A DNA stretch of 64,000 nucleotides from Dehalococcoidia bacterium (GCA_050123275.1 JASFHK010000001.1:142684-206683), one strand, 5' to 3'. Shown: positions 43,706-53,050, numbered from the stretch's first letter. A program made the numbers and translations. The notes: generated by a model from the letters alone, not told the origin.

Positions 43706-43725
43706 TTCCAAGTAGGTGTCAAAAC

Positions 43726-45300
43726 ATGCCTGGATTAGATCAAGCACTTGTCGAAGAGATAGATTTCACTCTGGCACTAGGCAGAGTGAAAACAGACGTT
43801 TTGAGCGATTTCCTTTTAGCTCCTCACTATTCAGCAGTATATACATATGCAGCAGATGATTTGATTGACCGCACGAAGACTTTGTTGCGTAATGGAGAAT
43901 ATCACCCAGAATTACCAATTTTCGTCGATATCCCAAAACGAAGTGGTCTTTCTAGGCCTGGTGCAATCCTGCTTCCTATAGACAGGCTTGTATATCAACT
44001 GCTTGTAGATATGGTCAGCGTGCAGGCAGAAGCACAGTTAGACAGGTCTTGTGTATTTAGCCATGTTTTGCTCTCTGAGGACCCCGATTTTAAAATGTTT
44101 GAACCAGCGGATGAGTGTTGGCAAAGCATGCAAAGAGCCTTGAAAGCGCGGTGTCAAGATACCGGATTCTCGCATGTTGTTAAGGCAGATGTCGCATCTT
44201 TTTTTGAGAGGATCTACCGGCACAATTTAATGAATTTGCTTCATTCATCCGGCTGTGATTCAAGAGTCGTTAATCTATTAGAAAAAGTCACGTCGGAATT
44301 TATGGAGAATGATTCGCATGGGATATTACAGGGGATGTTTCCCTCAGATTTTTTAGGGAATTTCTATTTAGCCAGTCTTGACAATGATCTTAAAGTTAAG
44401 GACGTTCCGTCCATTCGTTATGTAGATGACTTATATCTTTTTTATCCTTCCTTAATTGAAGCAAAGAAGGGGCTATTTGCTTTGTGTAGGATTCTTCGTG
44501 ACGAAGGATTGAACCTGAATGAAAGTAAAACAGATATACTGCAAACTCATGATCTTTTAGCAGAAGAAACTGAAATAGACAGGTTATTCAGTAGAGCGAA
44601 AAAGGAAGTTCGCGAGATTGGCGCGGAGGTAGAGCTGGAAACACCATATGGTTTTCAAAGCGTGTGGCTTACTGCGGAAGAGGGTTTGCCAGAAGAAAAA
44701 GTAGAATTAGTTGCCATGGAGGAATTATATTACAAGGTTTCAGATACAGAGGTAGATTCAGACAAGATTGAAAAATTTTGTCTGCCCTACTTAGCAAAAA
44801 CACTTAATGACGTAGCTGTAGGGAGGTCGCTAGAAGGAATATTATTGCGGCCATATCTATCTAAAATGTATTGTTCTTATCTAATGCCTTTTGCTCGAGA
44901 AGACATTGATGTATCCAAGCGACTAGAATCAATTATTACAGATGACGAATTACCATACGATTGGTCGCTAATATGGCCAATGGCAGTTTTAATTGATGTG
45001 GATTCTATCGAGAACGGAACTGTGACAAAGGCCTTAAGAATAATGGAAGATAGTCGTAGGTTGGATGGTTTAAGAGCTTTAGCAGCGCATTTAGTTGCAA
45101 AACATGGCAATGCTGGTCAACGACGACTACTCAGGCATTGGTATGACCAAGAGCCATCTCCATATGTGAGAGCGGCCATTTTATTTTCTACTAGGCACTT
45201 GCCAACGAATGAACGTAATAGTTGTCTAACGGCTTGGGGGAGTCACTCAATAACTAATTCTCTTATTACGAGCGCTATTCGTAACTCAGCTGGTCCTTAG
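43726..45300 (+). CDS. reverse transcriptase, stand-alone UG/Abi-like type with helical-repeat C-terminal region
   Basis: 524 aa. IPKRSGLSRPGAILLPIDRLVYQLL, ADVASFFERI, GILQGMFPSDFLGNFYL, RYVDDLYLF (YVDD codons 44419-44430), GLNLNESKTDIL. About 40% GC on hand-counted lines. Confidence 0.85.
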   Translation: MPGLDQALVEEIDFTLALGRVKTDVLSDFLLAPHYSAVYTYAADDLIDRTKTLLRNGEYHPELPIFVDIPKRSGLSRPGAILLPIDRLVYQLLVDMVSVQAEAQLDRSCVFSHVLLSEDPDFKMFEPADECWQSMQRALKARCQDTGFSHVVKADVASFFERIYRHNLMNLLHSSGCDSRVVNLLEKVTSEFMENDSHGILQGMFPSDFLGNFYLASLDNDLKVKDVPSIRYVDDLYLFYPSLIEAKKGLFALCRILRDEGLNLNESKTDILQTHDLLAEETEIDRLFSRAKKEVREIGAEVELETPYGFQSVWLTAEEGLPEEKVELVAMEELYYKVSDTEVDSDKIEKFCLPYLAKTLNDVAVGRSLEGILLRPYLSKMYCSYLMPFAREDIDVSKRLESIITDDELPYDWSLIWPMAVLIDVDSIENGTVTKALRIMEDSRRLDGLRALAAHLVAKHGNAGQRRLLRHWYDQEPSPYVRAAILFSTRHLPTNERNSCLTAWGSHSITNSLITSAIRNSAGP

Positions 45301-45333
45301 TTATATAACTTGCGTAAAGGTTTTTGAAAATCC

Positions 45334-46509
45334 CTATTTCTTACACCTCTCCACAAACCGCCCCATCCGGCTAAGCGCTTCCTCGATTTCAGCCAAAGAC
45401 GTGGCGTAGCAGCAGCGCACGTAGCCCTCGCCGCATTGGCCGAAGGCGTCTCCGGGGACGACGGCGACCTTTTCCTCGATGAGTAGCTTTTCGGCGAATT
45501 CCTCGGAGGTCAGGCCCGTGCTCTTTATCGAGGGGAAGGCGTAAAAGGCGCCCTTAGGCTCGAAGCAATGCAGCCCGATTTTGTTGAGGCCCTTGACCAT
45601 GACCAGCCGCCGGCGGTTGTAGTCCTCGACCATGGCGCTGATGTCTTCGTCGCCCGACTGAAGCGCCTCGATGGCGGCGACCTGGGCCATGGTGGGCGCG
45701 CACATGATGGTGTACTGGTGAATCTTGAACATGGCGTTGACCAGCTCTTTGCTGGCGGCGACGTAGCCCAAACGCCAGCCGGTCATGGCGTAGGCCTTGG
45801 AAAAGCCGCCCAAGAGAACGGTGCTGTCCTTCATTTTGGGCAGGGTGGCGATGCAGGTGTGCTCCACGCCGTAGGTCAGGCTGCCGTAAATCTCGTCGGA
45901 GATGACAAGCAGGTTATGGCGGCGGGCGACCTCGGCGACTTGTTCCAGCTTGGCGCGGGGCATGACGGCGCCGGTGGGATTGGCCGGATAGCCGAGCATG
46001 ACGGCCTTGGTCTTGTCGTTGATGTTGGCCGCGATGTCGGCGGCGCTGATTTCAAAGTTGTTCTTCTCGCTGGTGGGCACGGTGACGGCCTTGCCCCCGG
46101 CCAGTACGGCGCAGGAGTCGTAGGCGACATAGTGCGGGTCGGGCATGATTACCTCGTCGCCGGGGTCCAAGATGGCGCGGCAGGCCAGGTCCAGCCCCTC
46201 GCTCACCCCCACCGTAATCAAGAGCTCGCTGTCGGGGTCGTAGTCCAGCCCGTGAGTTGCTTTCAAATGACGTGAAAGCTCGCGGCGCAGCTCGGGCATG
46301 CCCATGTTCGAGGTGTACATGGTGTAGCCCTTCTCCAGCGAGTAGATAGCCGCCTCGCGGATGTGCCAGGGCGTGGCGAAGTCGGGCTCGCCCACGCCCA
46401 GCGAGATAGCCCCCTCGGTGGAGGCGACCAAATCGAAGAAGCGCCTGATTCCCGAAGGCGTTATCTTGTTGACTATCTGCGAGGTGACTCCCTTTACCCT
46501 TGTCGACAT
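45334..46509 (-). CDS. pyridoxal-phosphate-dependent aminotransferase, class I/II (aspartate aminotransferase-like)
   Basis: 391 aa with FSKAYAMTGWRLGY PLP-Lys context. Confidence 0.9.
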   Translation of the reverse strand: MSTRVKGVTSQIVNKITPSGIRRFFDLVASTEGAISLGVGEPDFATPWHIREAAIYSLEKGYTMYTSNMGMPELRRELSRHLKATHGLDYDPDSELLITVGVSEGLDLACRAILDPGDEVIMPDPHYVAYDSCAVLAGGKAVTVPTSEKNNFEISAADIAANINDKTKAVMLGYPANPTGAVMPRAKLEQVAEVARRHNLLVISDEIYGSLTYGVEHTCIATLPKMKDSTVLLGGFSKAYAMTGWRLGYVAASKELVNAMFKIHQYTIMCAPTMAQVAAIEALQSGDEDISAMVEDYNRRRLVMVKGLNKIGLHCFEPKGAFYAFPSIKSTGLTSEEFAEKLLIEEKVAVVPGDAFGQCGEGYVRCCYATSLAEIEEALSRMGRFVERCKK

Positions 46510-46519
46510 CTAAATTCCT

Positions 46520-47002
46520 CTAGAGGATTACCGGCTGGCGCTTGACCTCTTCACCGTCGCCCAGTATCTCGCCGTCCTCCTTGTATCTTTTGAGCATGAA
46601 GTGAGTGGTGGTGCCGTTGATGCCCTCGATGGGCGCCAGCTTCTTGGTGACGAATTCGGCGACCTCGTGCATGGTCTTGCCGGTGACGATGACCAGCAAA
46701 TCATAGGTGCCCGAGAGCAGGTATACCGACCGCGCCTGGGGAAAGCGGTAGATGCGCTCGGCGATGGAGTCGAAGCCGACGTCGCGCTGCGGTGAAAGCC
46801 TGACCTCGATGAGGGCGCTTACCTCTTCGTTGCCCGCCTTGTCCCAGTTGACGATGGTCTTGTACTTGACGATGGTCTTGTCGGCCTCCGCCTTCTTGAT
46901 GAGCTTGCTCACCTCATCGGCGCTGCCGCCGGTCATGGTGGCGATCTGTTTGGGCGGCGTCCGGGCGTCGTTTTCCAGGATCTTTAAGATTTCCTTCAGC
47001 AT
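46520..47002 (-). CDS. Lrp/AsnC family transcriptional regulator
   Basis: Start moved to ATG 47002 (MLKEILKILENDART), which has GGAG 6 nt upstream. HTH plus a C-terminal RAM-like domain. Confidence 0.8.
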   Translation of the reverse strand: MLKEILKILENDARTPPKQIATMTGGSADEVSKLIKKAEADKTIVKYKTIVNWDKAGNEEVSALIEVRLSPQRDVGFDSIAERIYRFPQARSVYLLSGTYDLLVIVTGKTMHEVAEFVTKKLAPIEGINGTTTHFMLKRYKEDGEILGDGEEVKRQPVIL

Positions 47003-47013
47003 GGCTAACTCCT

Positions 47014-47271
47014 TCAGTCGGTTAGCGACCATTTATCTTGGGACTCATTATAGCATAGCTGGAAAAGTTTGTTGTCTTTTGTCCTGACCCGGAAGTTACG
47101 TGTGCCCGGCCCCCGCCACTCCGCCTCCACCTCGGCTACCCGGTACTCTTTGCCTTCCAGGGTGAAAGACAGGGGCCTTTCCGCGTAGCTTTGCCCCGAG
47201 TAGCACTTGACTTCGAGGCTATCGGCTCTTGACCTTCTTGAAGATGACCCCTTCCCGTTGCATGTCGACAT
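47014..47271 (-). CDS. small conserved-looking hypothetical protein (85 aa; DUF6504-like by memory)
   Basis: RPLSFTLEGKEYRVAEVEAEWRGPGTRNFRVRTKDNKLFQLCYNESQDKWSL. The only in-frame start is ATG 47271, giving a 53-nt overlap with the upstream gene. Confidence 0.5.
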   Translation of the reverse strand: MSTCNGKGSSSRRSRADSLEVKCYSGQSYAERPLSFTLEGKEYRVAEVEAEWRGPGTRNFRVRTKDNKLFQLCYNESQDKWSLTD

Positions 47272-47701
47272 CGGTCACCTCCCAACCGGCTTCCAGCCAG
47301 GACATCGCCTGCGGGTGCTTGCGGTCGTTGGCCCACCAGTCCTTGAAGGTATAGGCGGCCGTTTCCAGCTCGAACTTGAGGATGGTCTCGATGTAGCCGA
47401 AGGTGAGGTTGAGCTGGCTGGCTCTATAGCTGGCCAGAAAGTCCCTTAATGGGTTGTAGCGGGCGACGCTCTCCACATCCACCATGTCCTCCCCGACGCG
47501 ATAGAGGGGGTTGCTGCTGGCACCGGCGGGGCTTTCGGCTCCCCGCTGCACCACCTCGTAGTTCCTCAGCTTGGAGTCGTAGAGCCTTACCTTCAACAGC
47601 GACTTGCACGCCGGGCAGCTTATCTGGCCGTCGTAGTTATCGGTGTCGATAAAAGACGGTACCTCGATGACTTTATCGCAAACCAGACAGTTTATCTCCA
47701 T
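47219..47701 (-). CDS. zinc-ribbon protein with conserved C-terminal WWAND..QA..WL.AGW domain
   Basis: Start set to ATG 47701, which has GGAG 6 nt upstream. CLVCDK..CPACK ribbon. C-terminal LTFGYIETILKFELETAAYTFKDWWANDRKHPQAMSWLEAGWEV. Confidence 0.6.
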   Translation of the reverse strand: MEINCLVCDKVIEVPSFIDTDNYDGQISCPACKSLLKVRLYDSKLRNYEVVQRGAESPAGASSNPLYRVGEDMVDVESVARYNPLRDFLASYRASQLNLTFGYIETILKFELETAAYTFKDWWANDRKHPQAMSWLEAGWEVTDVDMQREGVIFKKVKSR

Positions 47702-48539
47702 TGCTCGCTCCGTTTTCCCCAAATTCTTGTTTAAATTTTTCGAAATCTTCTTTAGACGGTGGCATCCAGTATATAACGTATCGAAAACCTACTAGAGGGT
47801 TTTCAATCTTAAAATAACCTCCTCGCTGTGTCCGCGTAAAGCAATTTTTCTTATCCTTAAGCTCTACGGCGTTTATAAACTCTGTTGCTCCAGCGAACAC
47901 GGCAAAGTACGTTTCAACTTGGTATCCTTCAGGGAATTCTATTTCTGCTTCAATAGTATCTGTTGGAAAAGTAACATCGTGAAAGTAGTACTCCGCTTTG
48001 AATATCTTTTCTTTGCTTAATTCTTCCAATTCCTCTCGTGTCATAGAGAACATCTTTGAGAAAGCAATTTCGTACTCGTAGTCTATTTCACCTTCATTAG
48101 GTGATAACCCACCGCCCATAATATCAATAGAGAACTCACATGTTTGTCGAGTTTTACCAACGTCGCGTACGTGCAACTCAATGTCTCGGGGATTGCTTGG
48201 AGATTTAGATATTATTCTTGGCTCCTGCACTATTGTTCCTTGCGGATGGTCTGTTGAGACTTTTCCCGGAATATGGAGTAATTGAACATTTTGGGCCTTT
48301 GCACCTCGCCTCTCCGCTCTTATGTATGTTAGACCATCAGGATTCTTAATTGTTACCTTTGTTTTAGCGATTTTTTCTGTGAAACCCCATCGGTCTCTTA
48401 TTAGGTCGTGAATCGCTCTAGCTGCTGATTCCGCTCTATGGACTTGCTGGTTTTTTCTATTATTTAGTATAGCTACAAATATGCCGCCAGCTATAATCGC
48501 TACCCCTTCTATAATTGCAGCTATTATTGCTGGATCCAT
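47673..48539 (-). CDS. hypothetical N-terminally membrane-anchored protein, AT-rich insertion after gatA
   Basis: 288 aa. TM helix MDPAIIAAIIEGVAIIAGGIFVAIL followed by an unassigned domain of about 250 aa. Starts 19 nt after the gatA stop. Its 3' end overlaps the next gene by 29 nt. Confidence 0.6.
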   Translation of the reverse strand: MDPAIIAAIIEGVAIIAGGIFVAILNNRKNQQVHRAESAARAIHDLIRDRWGFTEKIAKTKVTIKNPDGLTYIRAERRGAKAQNVQLLHIPGKVSTDHPQGTIVQEPRIISKSPSNPRDIELHVRDVGKTRQTCEFSIDIMGGGLSPNEGEIDYEYEIAFSKMFSMTREELEELSKEKIFKAEYYFHDVTFPTDTIEAEIEFPEGYQVETYFAVFAGATEFINAVELKDKKNCFTRTQRGGYFKIENPLVGFRYVIYWMPPSKEDFEKFKQEFGENGASNGDKLSGLR

Positions 48540-48558
48540 AACCCCGACTCCCCTGGAG

Positions 48559-50010
48559 TTACACTTTAGCCCTCATCTTGTGCCACTCGGTGGCCTGCTC
48601 GTAGGCGTAGGCGACCTTCAAAATGGCCTCCTCGCCGAAGGGCTTGCCGATAATCTGCATCCCGATGGGCAGCCCGTTGCCGAAGCCGGCGGGGATGGAA
48701 ACACCGGGCACACCGGCGATGTTTATGGGCAAAGTGCAAACGTCGCTTAAATACATCTGCACCGGGTCGTCGAGCTTTTCCCCGATTTTGAAGGGGACGG
48801 TGGGGGAGGTGGGAGTAATCAGGGCGTCGTATTTGGTGAAAGCCTGGTCGAACTCTCTTCTTATCAAAGTGCGCACCTTCTGGGCTTTGAGGTAATAAGC
48901 GTCGTAGTAGCCCGCCGAGAGCGCGTAGGTGCCCAGCATAATGCGCCGCTTGACCTCGTCGCCGAAGCCGTACTGGCGCGTTTTTTCCATGGCCTCCCAC
49001 ATGCTGTCGGTGTCGCGGAAGGCGAAGCCGTACTTGACGCCGTCATAGCGGGCCAGGTTGGCCGAGGCCTCCGAGGGGGCGATGATGTAATAGACGGACA
49101 GGGCGTAGGGAGTGCTGGGCAGCGAGGTTTCCTCCACTTTAGCTCCCAGCCCCTCCAGCTTGGTTATAGCGTCTTTTAAGGCTTTTTCTACCTCGGGCTG
49201 CATCCCCTTGACGAAATACTCCTGGGGCACGCCCAGCTTCATCCCTTTCAGGTCGCCGTCCAGGCATTTTGTGTAGTCGGGCACGGGCTGGGGCACCGAG
49301 GTCGAGTCTCTATCGTCGAAGCCGGCGATGGCGTTTAAGACCAGCGCGCAGTCGGTAACGTCCTTGGTCAGTGGCCCGATCTGGTCGAGCGAGCTGGCGA
49401 AGGCGACCAGACCGAAGCGGCTCACCCGCCCGTAGGTCGGCTTCATGCCCACCACGCTGCAAAAGCCGGCTGGCTGCCGGATGCTGCCCCCCGTGTCCGA
49501 GCCCAGAGCGAAAACGCATTCATCGGCGGCTACCGACACCGCCGAGCCGCCGCTGGAGCCGCCGGGAACCCGGTCCAGGTCCCAGGGGTTGTGGGTGGGG
49601 AAAAAGGCCGAGTGCTCGGTGGAAGAGCCCATGGCGAACTCGTCCATGTTGGCCTTGCCCAGCGTCACCGCCCCGCATTGGTTCAGCTTCTCGACGACGG
49701 TGGCGTCGTAGGGCGGCACGAAGTTCTCCAGCATTTTGGAAGAGCAGGTCGTTTTTATTCCCTGGGTGCAGAGCACGTCCTTGAGCACTACGGGGACGCC
49801 CGTCAGCGGCGCGATGTCGCCTTTAGCGATGCGCTCGTCGGCGTCCTTGGCCTGCTTCAGGGCCAGCTCGCCGGTGACGCTCACCAGCGCCTTGAGGCTG
49901 GGCTCTAGCTTCGCAATGCGCTCCAGGAAAGCTTTGGTCAGCTCCGCCGAGGAAATCTTTTTGGCTTTAAGCTGCTCGTGCGCTTCGTGGATGGTAAGGC
50001 CGGTATTCAT
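48559..50010 (-). CDS. gatA: Asp-tRNA(Asn)/Glu-tRNA(Gln) amidotransferase subunit A
   Basis: 483 aa with amidase signature GGSSGGSA. Confidence 0.95.
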   Translation of the reverse strand: MNTGLTIHEAHEQLKAKKISSAELTKAFLERIAKLEPSLKALVSVTGELALKQAKDADERIAKGDIAPLTGVPVVLKDVLCTQGIKTTCSSKMLENFVPPYDATVVEKLNQCGAVTLGKANMDEFAMGSSTEHSAFFPTHNPWDLDRVPGGSSGGSAVSVAADECVFALGSDTGGSIRQPAGFCSVVGMKPTYGRVSRFGLVAFASSLDQIGPLTKDVTDCALVLNAIAGFDDRDSTSVPQPVPDYTKCLDGDLKGMKLGVPQEYFVKGMQPEVEKALKDAITKLEGLGAKVEETSLPSTPYALSVYYIIAPSEASANLARYDGVKYGFAFRDTDSMWEAMEKTRQYGFGDEVKRRIMLGTYALSAGYYDAYYLKAQKVRTLIRREFDQAFTKYDALITPTSPTVPFKIGEKLDDPVQMYLSDVCTLPINIAGVPGVSIPAGFGNGLPIGMQIIGKPFGEEAILKVAYAYEQATEWHKMRAKV

Positions 50011-50294
50011 TCCAGCACCGCCTTTACCCGGAAATACTCCCCCTCTTTACGCGGCGCGTTGGCCAAAGTCTCCTCCTGGGGCAGTGACGGTTTTGTCTTG
50101 TCGTCCTTGGTCACGTTCTGCAGGGGGATGGACTGGGCGGTGGGGGGAACGCCGGTGGTGTCTACCTGCTGCAAAGCTTCGAAGTGCTCCAGGATATTGG
50201 AGAGCTGCTCCCGCAGGCGGTCGACGTCTTCGTCGGTCAGGCCCACCCGCGCCAGGCGGGCGATGTGCAATACTTCTTCGCGGCTCAGCTTCAT
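50007..50294 (-). CDS. gatC: Asp-tRNA(Asn)/Glu-tRNA(Gln) amidotransferase subunit C
   Basis: Start moved to ATG 50294 ([17 protein letters not shown]). Overlaps the gatA start. Confidence 0.9.
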   Translation of the reverse strand: MKLSREEVLHIARLARVGLTDEDVDRLREQLSNILEHFEALQQVDTTGVPPTAQSIPLQNVTKDDKTKPSLPQEETLANAPRKEGEYFRVKAVLE

Positions 50295-50388
50295 AATGGG
50301 GTCATTATAGCACTCATATTTGAGAGCGGGCAACAGAGATGATTTTACCCGCCCCGGCCCTGTTTTCAGCGCCTCTTGACAACCTTGA

Positions 50389-50417
50389 TTGTAAAACTGT
50401 GGACTTTATGCTATAGT
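50389..50417 (+). promoter_or_regulatory. candidate promoter with extended -10 for the zinc-ribbon/RRM/DEAD-box gene string
   Basis: TTGTAA (50389-50394), 17-nt spacer counted including the TGC, then TGCTATAGT (50409-50417). Confidence 0.35.
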
Positions 50418-50486
50418 TAACATAAGTTCCAGTTTAGGTTGTAACAAGCTTCTCGGAAGCTTCTTTAGATAGAGCCTTCTTAAGTA

Positions 50487-50532
50487 TTGGATGACCCGAA
50501 CTCTAACTAACTAAAGAGAGGAGGTCATCCAA
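50487..50532 (+). promoter_or_regulatory. 10-bp leader hairpin occluding the SD / abutting the start codon of the zinc-ribbon gene
   Basis: TTGGATGACC (50487-50496) is perfectly complementary to GGTCATCCAA (50523-50532). The SD AGAGAGGAGG spans the loop/stem junction. The TTG start is at 50533. Confidence 0.45.
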
Positions 50533-50829
50533 TTGAGTTTTGAAGACAAGCAACTCCAGTGCTCCGATTGCGGAGCCGAGTTCACCTTCAGTGCTGAAGA
50601 GCAGGAGCTCTTCCAGTCCCGAGGCTACACCAACGAGCCGAAGCGATGTCCGGAGTGCCGTCAGGCACGGAAATCGGAACGCAACGGCAGCAGCTACGGA
50701 GCCCCGCGCCAGATGTTCCCCGCTACCTGTGCTGAGTGCGGCCAGGCCACCGAAGTCCCATTTCAACCTCGCGGCGACAGGCCGGTTTACTGCAGCGATT
50801 GCTACCGTAAAATCAGACCCAGCCGATAG
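50533..50829 (+). CDS. zinc-ribbon protein (zf-trcl-like N-terminal and CxxC-x17-CxxC C-terminal modules)
   Basis: 98 aa. CSDCGAEFTFSAEEQELF..CPEC then CAECGQATEVPFQPRGDRPVYCSDC. Confidence 0.7.
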   Translation: MSFEDKQLQCSDCGAEFTFSAEEQELFQSRGYTNEPKRCPECRQARKSERNGSSYGAPRQMFPATCAECGQATEVPFQPRGDRPVYCSDCYRKIRPSR

Positions 50830-50931
50830 TTGACTAAAGCCGTAAGTCGCATCCGGGCCGGGTGACCGGCACGGGTGCAGCCCGGCTTAACAGGGAGAAC
50901 CGGGAACAAAATCCGATATAAGGGGGCATTT

Positions 50932-51267
50932 ATGAAACTCTATGTAGGCAATCTATCCTACGATGTCAGCGAGGACGAGCTGGCGGCGGAATTCGGCAGC
51001 TACGGCGAGGTGTCATCCATCGCCATTCCCTCTGACAGAGTCAGCGGGCGGCCCCGGGGCTTTGCCTTCGTGGAAATGGCCTCGAAAGCCGAAGCCGAAG
51101 CCGCTATCGAGGGGCTTAACGGCAAGACTTTTAAAGACCGGACCATCGTGGTCAACGAGTCCCGGCCCCGTTCCGATAACAGGGGCGGCGGCTATGGCAA
51201 CCGGGGTGGTGGCTATAACCGGGGTGGCGGTGGTCGCTCGGGCGGTGGCCGGCCGCGAAGATACTAG
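50932..51267 (+). CDS. RRM-type RNA-binding protein with Gly/Arg-rich tail
   Basis: Start moved to ATG 50932. MKLYVGNLSYDV (RNP2), RGFAFVEM (RNP1), C-terminal RGGGYGNRGGGYNRGGGGRSGGGR. Confidence 0.85.
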   Translation: MKLYVGNLSYDVSEDELAAEFGSYGEVSSIAIPSDRVSGRPRGFAFVEMASKAEAEAAIEGLNGKTFKDRTIVVNESRPRSDNRGGGYGNRGGGYNRGGGGRSGGGRPRRY

Positions 51268-51368
51268 GCAACGCGGCTGATTAAATCGGCGACGATGCCG
51301 CCCGAAGCCTCGGGCTGGCTTGCCCGTGACCATCGGGGCTAACCCGGTTTGGCAAAATAGGGGGTACC

Positions 51369-51698
51369 ATGATTATATACGTGGGCAACCTGGCGCTGGA
51401 AACGACCGCGGACGAGCTGCGCCGGGAGTTCGCTGAATTCGGAGAGGTGCTGTCGGTAAGTGTGACCAACGATAGCTATATCGGCAGCGGCCAGCCGAGA
51501 GGCTACGGCTACGTCGAGATGGCCTCGAAAGCCGAAGGCAGCGCCGCTGTTGCCCGCCTCGAAGGCAAAAGGTTGCGGCAACGGGCGATAACCGTTGTCG
51601 AAGCCCTGCCCCTATCGGATAGACCCAAAACTGATTCACCCAATATCAGGAAAAATAAAAGAAATCAAAAAAGAGAAAGAAAATACCAGATGATTTGA
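51369..51698 (+). CDS. RRM-type RNA-binding protein with Lys/Arg-rich tail
   Basis: 109 aa. IYVGNLALE (RNP2), RGYGYVEM (RNP1). Confidence 0.8.
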   Translation: MIIYVGNLALETTADELRREFAEFGEVLSVSVTNDSYIGSGQPRGYGYVEMASKAEGSAAVARLEGKRLRQRAITVVEALPLSDRPKTDSPNIRKNKRNQKRERKYQMI

Positions 51699-51752
51699 GC
51701 CACCCGACCTGCTACTCAGGCTCTTGACTCATATTTCATACCAAGGAGTTAA

Positions 51753-52979
<1,227 letters not shown>

Positions 52980-53002
52980 GAAACATCTCCGGCGCTAAAA
53001 CA

Positions 53003-53036
53003 AAGCCTCCCGTTCGGGGGAGGCTTTTCTTTTTGG
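53003..53036. terminator. bidirectional intrinsic terminator between convergent genes
   Basis: AAGCCTCCC (53003-53011) pairs with GGGAGGCTT (53018-53026). It is flanked by CTAAAACAAA upstream and TTTTCTTTTT downstream. Confidence 0.7.
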
Positions 53037-53050
53037 TTTCTCTTGCTTCC

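Noticed and set aside
43726-45300. RT interpreted as a group II intron, retron or diversity-generating retroelement RT
   Set aside because: There is no maturase (X) or endonuclease domain and no intron-like structured flanks of the needed size. The predicted 5' leader is only about 20 nt and the 3' gap is 33 nt, leaving no room for msr/msd on the RT side. I saw no nearby template/variable repeat pair, and motif B lacks the DGR-type SQ signature. I cannot exclude a distant or trans element without searches.
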